A stretch of 63,592 bases of DNA, filler included, from Octopus bimaculoides (GCF_001194135.2; 6 parts of 6 records of this genome joined end to end with filler, not necessarily neighbours in it), one strand, 5' to 3'. Positions 1 to 13,254 are shown, counted from the first letter of the whole stretch. The notes: generated by a model not told the origin, from the letters alone. A program made the numbers and translations.

Positions 1-85
1 CTTCTACTATTGCCTCGGGCCGACCAAAGCCTTGTGAGTGGATTTGGTAGACGGAAACTGAAAGAAGCCCGTCGTATATATGTAT

Positions 86-117
<32 letters not shown>

Positions 118-350
118 GAATGTGTGTTTGTGTGTCTGTGTTTGTCCCCCCCAACATCGGTTGACAACCGATGCTGGTGTGTTTACGTCCCCGTAACTTA
201 GCGGTTCGGCAAAAAGAGACCGATAGAATAAGTACTAGGCTTACAAAGAATAAGTCCTGGGGTCGATATGCTCGACTAAAAGGCGGTGCTCCAGCATGGC
301 CGCAGTCAAATGACTGAAACAAGTAAAAAAGTGAAAGAGTAAAAGAGTAA
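1..350 (+). mobile_element. SINE family A (tRNA-derived, internal microsatellite), 5' part cut by window edge
   Basis: Near-identical to 626-1028 from 'cttctactat' onward; internal (TA)/(TG) tract; 3' end 'gactgaaacaagtaaaa...gagtaa'. Confidence 0.9.
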
Positions 351-625
351 TACGACAGGGTGTGAAATAAGGAAAATTTGGCTGCTATTTCTAGCAGATC
401 GAGCGACCACAAAGAGGAGTCTCTCATTGGCCTGTCGTGTTTGATGTTACTGCTGCTGCTGCCGCTGGTGTGGCTGTTGCCACTTGTGGCTGCAAATATT
501 CGGTCATTGTCACTATCCAAATTTGTCTGTCTGTCTGTCTATCAACCCCCCACAAAGATTTCTACTTAATCTCTAAACTTAAAACCGAATTCTCGCACTT
601 CTGCAATAAATAAATAAATAGACAC

Positions 626-1028
626 AGGCGCAGGAGTGGCTGTGTGGTAACTAGCTCGCTTACCAACCACATGGTTCCGGGTTCATTCCTACTGCGTGGC
701 ACCTGGGGCAAGTCTCTTCTACTATAGCCTCGGGCTGACCAAAGCCTTGTGAGTGGATTTGGTAGACGGAAACTGAAAGAAGCCCGTCGTATATATGTAT
801 ATGTATGTATGTATGTGTGTGTGTCTCCCCCAGCATCACTTGACAACTGATGCTGGTGTGTTTTCATCCCCGTAATTTAGCGGTTCGGCAAAGAGAGACC
901 GATAGAATAAGTACTAGGCTTCCAAAGAATAAGTCCTGGGGTCGATTTGCTCGACTAAACGGTGGTGCTCCAGCATGGCCGCAGTCAAATGACTGAAACA
1001 AGTAAAAGAATAAAAGAATAAAAGAATA
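626..1028 (+). mobile_element. SINE family A, full length
   Basis: Head 'aggcgcaggagtggctgtgtgg' (A-box-like) and 'gggttcattcc' (B-box-like), internal (TATG)/(TG) tract, (AAGAATA)n tail; possible target duplication 'aatagaca' at 617-624 and 1025-1032. Confidence 0.92.
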
Positions 1029-1085
1029 GACATCACTCCCTACCGCTTATACTTACAGTTAATCTTGTCTTAGATGAGTCAATAA

Positions 1086-1290
1086 CCTTAAGAAAATAGC
1101 AGCCAAATCTTCATATCACACTTTATCGTCTTAAGAAAAAAAATGTTGGGCACGGGAGACACATCAGATTGTGTACTCCTAGATACACTACGTCTGCAGA
1201 AATAAATGACGGCAGCGTTACAGCTGGAATCTCATTAATCATTGTTCAGCCGGAACAAGACTGTCCTGGGGCTATAGAACTTATCAGGCA
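1086..1290 (+). mobile_element. SINE family B, decayed ('tagaaatagcagccaaat...ggggcta')
   Basis: Same motifs recur at about 2690-2800, 2838-3052 and 9590-9790 (+) and at 4040-4235 and 7590-7805 (-). Confidence 0.7.
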
Positions 1291-1384
1291 CGCATTTCTT
1301 ATACGTGTTAACAACAAAATCTCATTCCTGGTTGCTAGACCTCCTAGAAATAGTAGCTAATTTCCCTTATATTGTACACTACTA

Positions 1385-1386
<2 letters not shown>

Positions 1387-1460
<74 letters not shown>
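1387..1460. repeat. (AC)n microsatellite
   Basis: Pure AC run seen directly. Confidence 0.98.
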
Positions 1461-1465
<5 letters not shown>

Positions 1466-1489
1466 TATATATGTATGTATGTATGTATA

Positions 1490-1725
1490 TATTCTTTTAT
1501 TTGTTTCAGTCATTTGACTGCGGCCATGCTGGGGCACCGCCTTTAGGCGAGCAAATCGACTAGCACTTATTCAATCGCTCTGTCTTGCCGAACCGCTAAG
1601 TGACGGGGACGTAAACACACCAGCATCGGTTGTCAAGCGATGGTGGGGGTACAAACACAGACACACAAACATATACATACATATATATATACGACGGGCT
1701 TCTTTCAGTTTCCGTCTACCAAATC
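1490..1725 (-). mobile_element. SINE family A, runs into N gap
   Basis: Reverse complement of the family A 3' half and central region. Confidence 0.88.
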
Positions 1726-2084
1726 NNNNNNNNNNNNNNNNNNNNNNNNNNNNNNNNNNNNNNNNNNNNNNNNNNNNNNNNNNNNNNNNNNNNNNNNNNN
1801 NNNNNNNNNNNNNNNNNNNNNNNNNNNNNNNNNNNNNNNNNNNNNNNNNNNNNNNNNNNNNNNNNNNNNNNNNNNNNNNNNNNNNNNNNNNNNNNNNNNN
1901 NNNNNNNNNNNNNNNNNNNNNNNNNNNNNNNNNNNNNNNNNNNNNNNNNNNNNNNNNNNNNNNNNNNNNNNNNNNNNNNNNNNNNNNNNNNNNNNNNNNN
2001 NNNNNNNNNNNNNNNNNNNNNNNNNNNCATACCTGTACGTATATATGCATATACTCATTTACTATTTGTTTCTATATATACATA

Positions 2085-2120
<36 letters not shown>

Positions 2121-2162
2121 TGTTTGTTTGTATGTATGTGTGTATGTGTGTGGTTGCGTGTG

Positions 2163-2264
<102 letters not shown>

Positions 2265-2269
2265 TACAT

Positions 2270-2670
2270 ACGGCTGTGGTAAGAAGCTAGCTTAGCTACC
2301 ACAGGATTCCGGGTTCAGTCCCAATCTTGTGGCACCTTGGCGAAATCTATTCTACTATAATCTTGGACCGACCAAAGGGTTGTGAGTGGATTTGGTAGAT
2401 GGAACCTGAAAAGAAGCCTGCCGTATATGTATATATATATATATGTATATATCTATGTGTGTGTCTTTGTATCAGTTTGTCCTCCCCCCATCACCACTTG
2501 ACAACCGGTATTCTTGTGCTTACGTCCCCGCAATATTGCGCTTCACCAAAAAAGGCTGATAGAACAGGTATTAAGCTTAAAGAAAATACGTCATGGGGTC
2601 GATTTGTTTGACTAAAACCCTTCAATGTGGTTCTCCTGTATGACCGCAGTTAAAAAAGAATAAAAGAATA
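2270..2670 (+). mobile_element. SINE family A, diverged
   Basis: 'gggttcagtccc', 'gtggcaccttgg', 'gtgagtggatttggtagatggaa' and 'aagaataaaagaata' tail. Confidence 0.85.
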
Positions 2671-2837
2671 TTAATCCACATAACAGTGATGTCCTTGAAA
2701 TATTCTGTCTGAAAAATAAAAGACGCGATGGACACGACTGGAATGTCTTTGATCATAGATCTGCTGTATGAGGGTTGACCTGGGGTTAAACAGTAACTAC
2801 ATTCTCATACGTGCAATCGAAGAAGCCACGAGGAATT

Positions 2838-3052
2838 CGCTGGACCTCCTAGAAATAACAGCCAAAACCATTATAGATGCATCTATGTAGTCATCTGAGA
2901 TCCTAGAAATAACAATCTAAATCTCCCTCAAAGCCACCCTACTGTCTTAAAAGTGTGGGAATAGCACATTAGATAATGTAGTTCTAGATACACTAAATCT
3001 GAAATAATATAAGACGAGATGGGCACGACTGGAAAGTCTTTGATCGATTATA
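2838..3052 (+). mobile_element. SINE family B, decayed
   Basis: 'ggacctcctagaaataacagcc', 'ccctactgtcttaa', 'gataatgtagttctagatacact', 'gactggaaagtctttgatc'. Confidence 0.7.
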
Positions 3053-3144
3053 AACAAGTTCCCTCATTTCTTACTTCCTCCTCCCTCTATACCACCATCG
3101 CTGTTACTCTTGTTGCAACTCCTTGTCTATATTTATCAATCAGG

Positions 3145-3202
<58 letters not shown>

Positions 3203-3224
3203 GAGGAACTAATTTTGATTCCGA

Positions 3225-3862
3225 CATACCTTCGTCACCGTGTGACCAAAATCTCAATCAAAAATGTCCCTCCAGAAGTAGAGACACAATGGCTGTCGTC
3301 CACCATTTGTTAAAACATGGACAACATAAACATACTAGAGATTGCTGTCTTAGAGCAACAAAATTGGTCGGGAAAAACTATTCAGTTGCTGATGCAAACA
3401 GATCAGGATCCAATAAATAGCGTCCCACACCAAATTGAGCTGCCAGACGGCCATAATCAATTTCGATCAATCGAAAGCTTTCGATAGGGTAGACCATCGA
3501 TAATTGGAGGCTGTCCTTATAGCGGCTGGTTTTGGTCCCGTTTTCCACGGCTGGATCGCTGCCTTATACAAAGGCATCCGTTCGGTAATTCGCGTGAATG
3601 GGCATCTATCCAGACCATTCGGCATTGCACGTTCGGTCGGTCAGGGATTCCCCTCTCGTCGCTTCTGTACGTATTGACCCTCGAGGCACTACTGCGGAAG
3701 CTGGCAACGCTGATGGTGCATCCCGCGAGAATTGGGATGCGGTACGAGCGTGTCCGCATACGCGGACGACCTCACCGTCATAGTGTCTAACGACGACCAT
3801 ATCGAGCTGGTTGGTGAGACACTGAAGGACTACGAAGCGGTAACAGGAGTGAAAATCAACCG
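3225..3862 (+). mobile_element. L1/Tx1-clade LINE remnant (ORF1-like piece joined to RT piece)
   Basis: RT motifs FDQSKAFDRVDH, SVGQGFPLSSLLYVLTLE, SAYADDLTVIVS, YEAVTGVKIN (stop and frameshift present). Upstream VTKISIKNVPPEVETQWL...PHQIELPDG resembles Tx1 ORF1 (weaker). Ends at a gap. Confidence 0.85.
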
Positions 3863-3906
3863 NNNNNNNNNNNNNNNNNNNNNNNNNNNNNNNNNNNNNN
3901 NNNNNN

Positions 3907-3918
3907 TTAATTAATTAA
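3907..3918. other. Artificial scaffold linker TTAATTAATTAA inside a 100-bp gap
   Basis: 44 N + linker + 44 N; the same linker appears at 28138, 41523, 44039 and 62233. Confidence 0.95.
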
Positions 3919-4380
3919 NNNNNNNNNNNNNNNNNNNNNNNNNNNNNNNNNNNNNNNNNNNNGATTCCACGCAAAAAATTAATTTTTTTTCTCAGTGAAA
4001 ATCGTGCAGGTGTTAATATAGAAATTGAACATAATGTTGTTATTTAGCCTCAAATAAACCCTGATACTGCAAACGTATCATCAAAAACATTCCAGCCTTC
4101 AGCAAACCGTCTTTTTAGGGATAATCTAGGACATTACATACAATGGGCGTGTGATTTAGGTAGGGGGATGCTTTGGCTGCTATTTTTAGCGTGTCGAGCG
4201 ACCAGGTAGAGGCTCTTTCATTGGTTCGATTGTGTGATGAGATTTTTTACACATATATCTAATATGTATATATATCATCGGCAGAAGTTAATGAGTAAGT
4301 CAAAAGCTGAGAGTTTCGTGTATTGGCACTTATCAAACACGAATTTATCCATTGTCACTCTAACTTCTGACAGAATAACT

Positions 4381-4818
4381 TATAAAATACAAAATTTTGT
4401 CAAAAACGTTAAGAGTAAACCCTTTTCTATGTGACATATTCTATATTCAGTATTGGAAGTTTGAAAGTGTTTAGTTTTAAAAAAATTAATTAAATAATCT
4501 GTAAGTCTAATTGAATAGATCCGAAATGGATGAAAGGCAAAGTCGACCTCGGCGGAATTTGGACTCAGAACGTAAAGACAGACGAAATACCGCTTCTAAA
4601 ATACAAAATTTTGTCAAAAACGTAAAAATAAACCCTGTTCTATGTGACATATTCTACAAGTATCGGGAGTTTGAAAGTGTTTAGTTTAAAAGAATTAATT
4701 AAATAGTCTATACGTCCAAGTCGACCTCGGCGAAATTTGAACTCAAAAGACCTAAAGGGTGACCAAATACCGTTAAGTATTTCACCCGGTACACTAATGC
4801 TTCTGCCAGATCGCTGAC
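4381..4818. repeat. Tandem duplication (~215-bp period) including a SINE family C fragment
   Basis: 'aaaatacaaaattttgtcaaaaacgt...attaattaaata' at 4381-4500 and 4596-4712, each followed by a minus-strand 'aagtcgacctcggcg(g/a)aattt' SINE head. Confidence 0.8.
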
Positions 4819-7259
4819 TTAGAATGTAAATATTCATTTTAGAAATATATTCTTTATTCTTATTGCTTATGCATTACTCCCTTACTTCCTTACTTACATT
4901 AAATTCCGTAACATTTTACCTCATAACTCTTTTTCTACTAATTTTTGTTCAATGCGACTAGCGATTCTGAATTCCTCATGCATTTTTCTATCATTTAAGC
5001 CTAAGAAAAGTATACTTTTAATTTAAAATTAAAAAATTTATGTTAATTGAAGATGAATATCTGCCTTACTGCCCCCCTTGAAGTCGCAGATATTTTTATG
5101 TAACTTTTTTTCTACTGAACCAAATCTCAAACTATTTATGCCAAAGTGTAGCTGAGGAGGTGTCCTCTTTAAAACTATTAACAGTTTGCAATTTAGTTGA
5201 GGACTGAATTAGTGGTGAGGCCTGGAAGCTGCTGTGATTGACGAAATGGTTGACTTAAGAATATACTTAACCACTAGTATTGCCGTTAGCTTTCATTTCT
5301 GTAACAGAATACATTTAGAATTGGCAAACATTCATTCGCCAATACATTAAAATCACTTCTATATTTAAATCACTTGTTCATATCTGCATTTTCTTCCCTG
5401 AGTCTCTTCCATTACTTCGAGAACAATCTCTCTCTTTTCGTGTACCAACTACCAGAATACCTTCTCTATTAACAATCACCATCCCCCAACAATTTATTTT
5501 TCCTAATCCTAACCACATCTCCCTATTTAATTACCACCACCTGCTATACCAGCCGTGTTTCATTTTCTATATCTTGCACTAAATCGTTTATTATTTTGCT
5601 TTGTTTGATTGGTTTTTATAATCCTTTCTTCATTATGTTGCAACTCATTGGAAATAATAAGCTTTTCTACCTACGAAAGTTTGAAAAGAACGCTGGAATA
5701 CAATATAAACATAAAGCTATATCCTACACCTAGATACATTGATCGGTAGATTGTTTACAAAGTTGTTTTCGCTGGATTCTATTCTGAACTGATTGGTGAA
5801 CTGTAATCTGGACATAAACAGTTTGTACCTACAGCTATTCCTCACAGGTAGGTGAACTGAGTGGTGGATTGTTTGGTCACTTGCCTTAAATGTGTACACG
5901 AGATTTTAATCTGGTGAGCAGATTGATGGGCTGAGATCTGGATATAACGAATTTACCAGTTTCCATTCGTCATGGCTAGGTGAACTGATCAGTTTATTGT
6001 TTGACTGTTAATTAATGCTGCAATTTCATCACTTCATCAAACAGAGCATGAAGTTTTAGACTTGTGCTCATTTTCAGACGTCTTTTAGTCGTCGATCAAG
6101 TAAAGCAGTACATTATAACATGACAAAGCAATTGCAAAGTGTAAAAGGAACTCGGAAGTTATAGAACACGAAATCATTTCCTTTATATACAAACTCGACC
6201 ACTGCCAGTACGATATTTTCAGCTAGAGATCTCTACAAGATGAACGTGCAACAAAAATAGTTAGTCTGATGTTAAGAAAATTCTAAATCGACCAAGTAAT
6301 ACATTCCAGGAGATTGACATAAACTGATTTGGTTTTCATTTACTAATGAAAGCTCGATCAATCGGCTTAACGTTATCAATCATTGATCACATAAAAAAAA
6401 GACATTACGTACAAATGTAGCAGACATGGTGAAAGACTGACATGTTATATTACGATGACGTCATTAATGAACAAGGTGACTGAAAATTCCGGGTGGAATT
6501 AAATAAATTTCGTTTCCCTGAAATATCAACATCAGAGACTTTACTATTACTATTTCAGGCAGAAACAATCAAGAATAATTGGTGGCTTCCTTTTTCGTCA
6601 TTAAATAATTATTGAATGAGGACCATTAAATTATTTTGTGAGGTCTGTTAAACTGTATGGGGAGTATTAAACCACGCGTGATGATCTGTTAACCTATTAG
6701 AACATACATATTAAATCAGTAGGTTTGAGTTCATAAGGAAAGTGGTTTGGCGTAAGTATTTTTCTTCTGTTTCCAGAATTTTTTGCCTCGTCCCAATCAG
6801 TTTATGTCGGATTTGTTAAAGAGAATTAATCGTGGAGAGCGTTTATAGATCGACAGGTTACTTGCAGGCGAGTTCAATCCAAGACAATCTGTTCGTTGAT
6901 ACCCGCCATTGTAGATATATCACTAAAATTTTATACAAGAAAGTTGTTGCTGTTGTTACTTCTGCTTCTGTTATAGTTGTTGTCATCGTCGTCGTTTTTA
7001 TTGTTATTGTTCCTGTCGTTGCTGTTACTTTTACTGGTGTTATTGTTGTGGTGTCGTCGTTGCTGTTATTGTTATTTTATCTTCCGCTAACGTTGACTGA
7101 ACGTTGAACAGAATGCTCTGTAGTATATTCCTGGTTTGTGCGCTTTGGGTTCAAATCCCACCGAAGTCCATGCAACCATTCACCCTTTCGAATTTCGGTA
7201 AATGAAGTATCAGTGCTGTATTGGGTCGATTCTTTCTCCCTCCATCCCTCCCCGCTTTC

Positions 7260-7309
<50 letters not shown>

Positions 7310-8294
7310 CCCCTCTCTCTCTCTCTCTGTGGAAGAACTCAGTGTGGTCATACCAGGAGAGAGAGAAATTTAAATGACCAAGACACGGAGTAGGGTTAGA
7401 CAGCGCCTCAACGACTCCACCAGGGATTAAGGGCTAAAGAAAGTAAGGAAGGATATCTAAAACCACATAAGCCAATGGGTCTATTATTTTTAAGACGTTA
7501 AGAAGATTTGAGAAAACTTTAGCTGGTATTTCTTGTCAAGGGAGACAACTTGATCAGAGAATCTAAAGTTGGTTTGACTAGTGTTGTTGTTGCTGTTTAG
7601 CCCCCGGTCAGTCCAGATTGCACAAACCTATGATAAAGGACCGTTTAGCCCTAACCATCAACTCTTTTCATTTATTCCTTACTTTTTTTAGTTGGCATAT
7701 CCAGAATTACATTTCTAAATGTGTTCTTTTGTTTTTAATGATGATAAGGTGCAGTTTAGAAGAGATTTGACTGTTGTTTCAAGCCGGTCGAATAGACTGG
7801 TAAAGAAGAATCGTTTGTTGTGTCATATATATGGAAACGCATTCTCAATTTATCAGGAAACGGAGAACCTCTCACACTATACAAACATGCCTTCACATGA
7901 TGCTGTCAGTAGTATCTATTCTTGCTTACTTCACATACCAAGATCGATCACAACTGAAGCCTTCGCTTAAATTTTTTGTTACCATATTTCTCCTAAAATA
8001 CAATGTCTTTGTGTGTTCCAATTCTTTAAATGATGAAAAATTTAGTAAAATAACTTTGTCATTATTGAGCTCATATCTGGAACATATTAACATGAAATTT
8101 TGATGGAAGATTTTAATTTGGATCACTTTAACTCTTTCACTGCGTAATTAAATTTCATGGTTATTCCAGTAACGATATTAAGTATCTGCCAAAAAATGGA
8201 ATTGGCATTTTCTGCAAGTCACGTTGCCTCAATAAACTTGACACATCTCAGAAAATAGCGTCAGACGTGATATTCCTCAACAATAGATAACTAA

Positions 8295-8615
8295 CTAACT
8301 GCCATCCGTCGGTTTCGACGACAAAGGTTCCGGTTGATCCGATCAACAGAACAGCCTGTTCGGGAAATTAATGTACATGTAGCTGAGCACTCTACAGACA
8401 CGTGTACCCTTAACATAGCTCTCAGGGATATTCTGCGTGACACAAAGTGTGTCAAGGCTGGCTCTTTGAAATACGGGTACACATTTTTTCCAACTGAGCG
8501 GACTGGAACAACGTGAATTAAAGTGTCTTGCTCAAAGACACAACGCATCGCAAGGAATTGAACTCACAACTTTGCGATCCTGAGTCGAATGCTGTAATCA
8601 CTAAGCCACGCGCCT
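8295..8615 (-). mobile_element. SINE family D (tRNA head; V-SINE-like 'tgtgtctttgagcaagacactt')
   Basis: Minus strand starts 'ggcgcgtggcttagtg' (A-box), then 'gagttcaattcc' (B-box) and the conserved core; related copies at 21530-21845 and 46880-47043. Confidence 0.85.
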
Positions 8616-8837
8616 TTAACAATAGATAGACTGGTATATAAAACTGCTTTCTGCAGTTAAGAATAATGGAATTTTGAGTGGATATACCTGCTTTCTGCGG
8701 TAAAAAGGTCAAAACAGGAAATTTCGTGTCATAGCACCAAGGGCAGTTTCAGATGGGTTGGTATCAAAAGGAACTACAACATAGCGTGATGTAAGCGGTT
8801 CCTTAGTGGTCCATAACAAACTTTTGATGGTTTACAG

Positions 8838-9139
8838 CAGTGCTATTCAAAGTGGTAGTCCGCAGACCTGTGCCGGTCCGCGAGCCAGTAGCTGCCGGTA
8901 CGCAGCGAGTTTCCGAAAAGAAAGAAATAATAGCATAATTTCAGTAATTTCGCCTTAAGCACTGCATTAAGCAACTTATCAGCTCGCCGGTGGAGCGTGG
9001 TACTCACCAACTTTTATTATATTCATTATATATATTGTTTACGGTATAAATTAATATTACAAAGAAATATTATCGGTCCCTGGCACATTAGAAAAAAGAA
9101 ACTGCCGGTACACCACATCAGATAGTTTGAGAAGCATTA
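8838..9139. mobile_element. hAT-superfamily MITE
   Basis: Imperfect TIRs 'cagtgctattcaaa' / 'tttgagaagcatta'; perfect 8-bp target duplication GTTTACAG at 8830-8837 and 9140-9147. An 8-bp TSD is typical of hAT. Confidence 0.85.
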
Positions 9140-10682
9140 GTTTACAGCACATTTCATAAGGCCTCATAAGTCACTGTTTTTTTTTAGTGGGGGGGAGGTT
9201 AATATATAGAAAAGAATTTTAAATCAGAATCTGTTAAAAGTAAATATACATGTATCTAATTATACACATACGTGATTAATTTCTTAATTAAAAATATTAT
9301 CTATGACCTATTGTGTTGTTGTATAATGAAAATGAAAGTAAATTCACATGTATATATGATCCATTTCGTAATTAAAAATATTTATATCCTTCTGTATTGT
9401 TGCAAATGAAAATTTAATTCACATAAATCTAATTATGATTTATTTCTTAGATTAATATATTTTAAATGTCTAATTGTGCTATTGCATAATGCAATTAAAA
9501 ATATATTTGTACATGGTGATCTTTGAGGTTTTTCTTGTGAATTCTGTAGACCATCTTCTGAGAAAAGGTTGTGTTTTATTCACTTAGATCAATACTAGCC
9601 AAATTATGTGGTCTCTTGGTCAGCTAGAAATATCAGCCAAATATCTCTCGAATCACACACTACTGACTTTAAAAAATATATAACGTTAGATATTGTAATC
9701 CGGCAGACTCATTGCCGGGAGAAAAAGAAACGGATAGCCACGGCTGGAATACCTTCGATTGCGTGACCTACTCAATCAGGTTCAACTCGGAGTCGAACAA
9801 CAGCAAGAACAAGAGCCTTATTTGTGCAGAGGGAGGGAAGTATTTTTAAACATGAGCATTCCCCTTCACTTGCTCTGCTTATACTTTTATGAAAGTATAA
9901 TGAATGCATAAGTAGCGCTGAGTATTCCCTAGACAAGTAAACACTTGACGCAATCTTCATGTAGAATCAGCGTGACAGTGTGAGTGAGACGGCTGTACCG
10001 TTTGAAATACGGGTACAAAATTTCACAGGCTTCTATACAGCTTCACTTACGAAGAAGAGATCGACCCGAGGCTATGAATTAAAAACAAATACATGCGCAG
10101 TGTGAACATACCACGCAGTGCGATCGAACTGAAAGCCTAATGATTGCAAAACTAACTTCTTAGCCATACAACTTCTGCCTTCAGTTAACTATACCCTATT
10201 ACAAAAGACTTCTATGCCAAATCAAAACTAGTTTAAATGTAAATGATTAGTATTATGTGTGCAAGACAGGTCATTTACTAGCTCAGTGCATCTCTCCACA
10301 AACAGCTGCTAAGAGAGACGAGAAGGTGTTGTGGGTAGCCAGGATTTTGACTAGGGTAGGGTTTCACTAAATCCATGGATCCATTATTAGTGATCTAATC
10401 TGCGAAATACAAAATTACAATAAATGTTAGAGAATAATATTTGTATGGAGCTGCGGAGGGTGAGACGCTCCTGTCTTAACCAGTTTAACTCTACCCCTAA
10501 AAATAACCCGCCGAAACACAACCTTATCTGGTTGTATATGAGGAAGGGGATCATGTAATCGATGTTGTTGGTGCCAAGTTCAAACCCATTCATAGCTAAC
10601 GTCAGAAGTGGAATGGAGTAGTCTAAGGGAAGTGATCCTAGATATGAACATTTTTAAGTCTGTCCCGATAAACTGCTTGGCT

Positions 10683-11068
10683 TGGACGCTCCCATCTTAA
10701 CCAGTTTAACTCTACTCCCTGCAAATAATTGGCAGTACCCATCTTAATCAATTTATCTCTACCCCTTCAAATAATTGGACGCTCCCATCTTAACCAGTTT
10801 ATTCCTACCCCTATAAATAAATGGATGCTCCCATCTTAACCAGTCGAATTCTACCCTTGCAAATAAATGGACATACCCATTCTAATCAATTTATCGCTAC
10901 CCCTACAACTAAATGGACGCTCCCATCTTAACCAATTTATCTCTACCCCTACAAATAATTGGACGCTCCTATCTTAACCAGTTTGTCTCTACCCCTACAA
11001 ATAGATTGACGATCCCTGTAAATATATGGATACTCTCATCTTAACTGTTTTAATTCTACCCTACAAAC
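10683..11068. repeat. 46-bp minisatellite, about 8 units, with a detached unit at 10463-10506
   Basis: Consensus tggacgctcccatcttaaccagtttatctctacccctacaaataat, units directly abutting. Confidence 0.92.
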
Positions 11069-11426
11069 CAATTAGTGTAGACGCCTCCAGTTTCATATAA
11101 CGTATATTGGGATTTCTTCATCGATCCATGGTATCCCGCGAATAGATATTAGTGAAAAGTTAAGAAATTTCACCGTTGTATTTGAAGTCCATGGATTAAC
11201 TGATGGAGAATATTCATAGGTATATGGTTAACATCTAACATACAGTACAGGCATTCCCCTATGTTAAGGAATTGTTAGATTACTGAAAATCTTGTCCTAA
11301 CATGAATATCAAGAGCGAGAGACTTGTTTCCCTGGAGAATTCCCGTATACCGTCTTTAAGGGTTATTTTTGTCCTTCTAATTCGTTTCTGGATTCTGTGT
11401 ATTACATAAAAGGAACTGAACTCAGA

Positions 11427-11458
<32 letters not shown>

Positions 11459-11516
11459 CAGGCATCTGTGTGTGTGTGTATGTGTGTGTGTGTGTATACG
11501 TGTGTGTGTGTGCGTC

Positions 11517-11584
<68 letters not shown>

Positions 11585-11890
11585 TGAAAGAAGGGAGATA
11601 TATGCCAGATAAGTGCCATTCACTGACAGCAAAGTTATAATTTTGAATAGTTTTCATTCTTTCACCTCATTGATAAGATCACAATAGCTAAGAGAGTGTG
11701 TGTCTATAAGCACACACACATACATACACACACATACAGAGAAGGGAATTCGTTGAAATTTACCATCAGTATATAACAAGAAATTCTATTGTCGGACCAA
11801 ATAAACACTGGTTAAATAGGAAATCAGAACATAGAGGAAGTTAATGTAATTAATATCGGAACTGTAAATTGTACCGTTATTTGAAAGCTA

Positions 11891-12263
11891 ATTCTTTTAT
11901 TCTTTTACTTGTTTCAATTTGACTGCAGCCATGCTGAAGCATCGTCTTAAAGGGGGTTTTTTTCGTCGAAGAAATCGACCTCAGGACTTATTCTTTGTAA
12001 GTCTAGTACTTATTCTATCGGTCTCTTTTACCGAACCGCTACAGGAACGTAAACACACCAACATCGGTTGTCAAGAGTGATGGTGGAGGGACAAATACAG
12101 ACACACAACGAGCTACTTTCAGTTTCCGTCTACCAAATTCACTCACAAGACTTTGGTCAACCCGAGGTCATAGTAGAAGACTCTTGCCCAAGGTACCACG
12201 CAGTTGGACTGAACCCGAAACCATGTGGTGGGAAGCAAGCTCCTTACCATGCATCCACACCTG
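11891..12263 (-). mobile_element. SINE family A
   Basis: Reverse complement of the family A tail, core and head. Confidence 0.88.
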
Positions 12264-12619
12264 ATAATTATTTCTGAATATAGATCTTAATACTATCATC
12301 CTCTTCTTCTCTACGTTTGCCAGTTCTCACCTTAAATATTGCCGCCCAATAGTTGTGTCTCTCTACACAAAGCAAAATATTCTGAGAATTGAAACACACC
12401 AGCGATCGATCACAAAAAATATTAAATAACTAGCACGACAAACCTTAGAAAGGTATGCTGTTGTGAACACTACATTATTTGTCCAATGTGAACTTTGTAT
12501 GTGCATTCATACGAAGCATGTATGAAGTTCACAAGTCACGAAAGGTTAAGCTCATCTGCTATGCGTCCCCGACAGAAATCGAGCTCACATCACAACATTG
12601 TAACACAACTTTTCTTTTC

Positions 12620-12780
12620 TCCTAGACTGGTCCTTCTTCATTCATCATTATCCTTCAAGAAACGAAAGAAGTAAAAGGCTTCATTACATTAAAACAGTAC
12701 CTGGACAAATTCCTTCAAGAAATGAGACAAATCGCCGACATCTAGGTACATTTCGGCAAACAAAAACATCGGGGACTCCA
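12620..12780 (+). mobile_element. CR1/L2-like LINE 3' end fragment
   Basis: LKQYLDKFLQE resembles the terminal 'FK..LDKFL' motif of CR1-group ORF2; short and decayed. Confidence 0.4.
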
Positions 12781-13254
12781 GTGAGTTATGGTGTCCTAAA
12801 ACATGTGTTATTAAGTTACACATGGTTTGGATCAATAATGATCCAAATCTATCTACGTTATGTCACAAGATCACAAATTTATTAGGAGGGGTTTATACGA
12901 CTGGATATTAAAGAAGTTTATGGCAAGTACGAACTTTACCGATCCCAAAGAAATAAAATAGAAAACCATCTTCGGCGTGGCTAATTAGCATAAGGCATTT
13001 AGCTCAATCATTTCTATTTCTTGACGGTGATAAATAGAGGACAGTAGTAACCAGGTGACAATGATAACAGAACCAGATGATACTAGGTACCAGCCGGTAG
13101 TAGTAACCAGGCCATGTTCTAACTAGACGACAGTTGTAACCAGGTAACAAATGCTCGATATAAAGCAAAATCTTCCGATCCAACTAGAGTTAACTATTTT
13201 ATATTGTATTTTATACATTTTCTGTTGTCTTCTAATATTTTCTAAATCAAACAT

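Noticed and set aside
626-700. tRNA genes at SINE heads
   Set aside because: A- and B-box-like motifs are present, but there is no cloverleaf and they continue into SINE bodies.
3907-3918. TTAATTAATTAA recurring five times
   Set aside because: Always centred in a 100-bp N gap; an artificial six-frame-stop linker.
5700-6340. Possible CR1 remnants (RATKIV on +, KLF..RL on -)
   Set aside because: Only isolated short motifs; too weak to call by eye.
10683-11068. 46-bp repeats as a CRISPR array
   Set aside because: Units abut with no unique spacers, there are no cas genes, and the context is eukaryotic.
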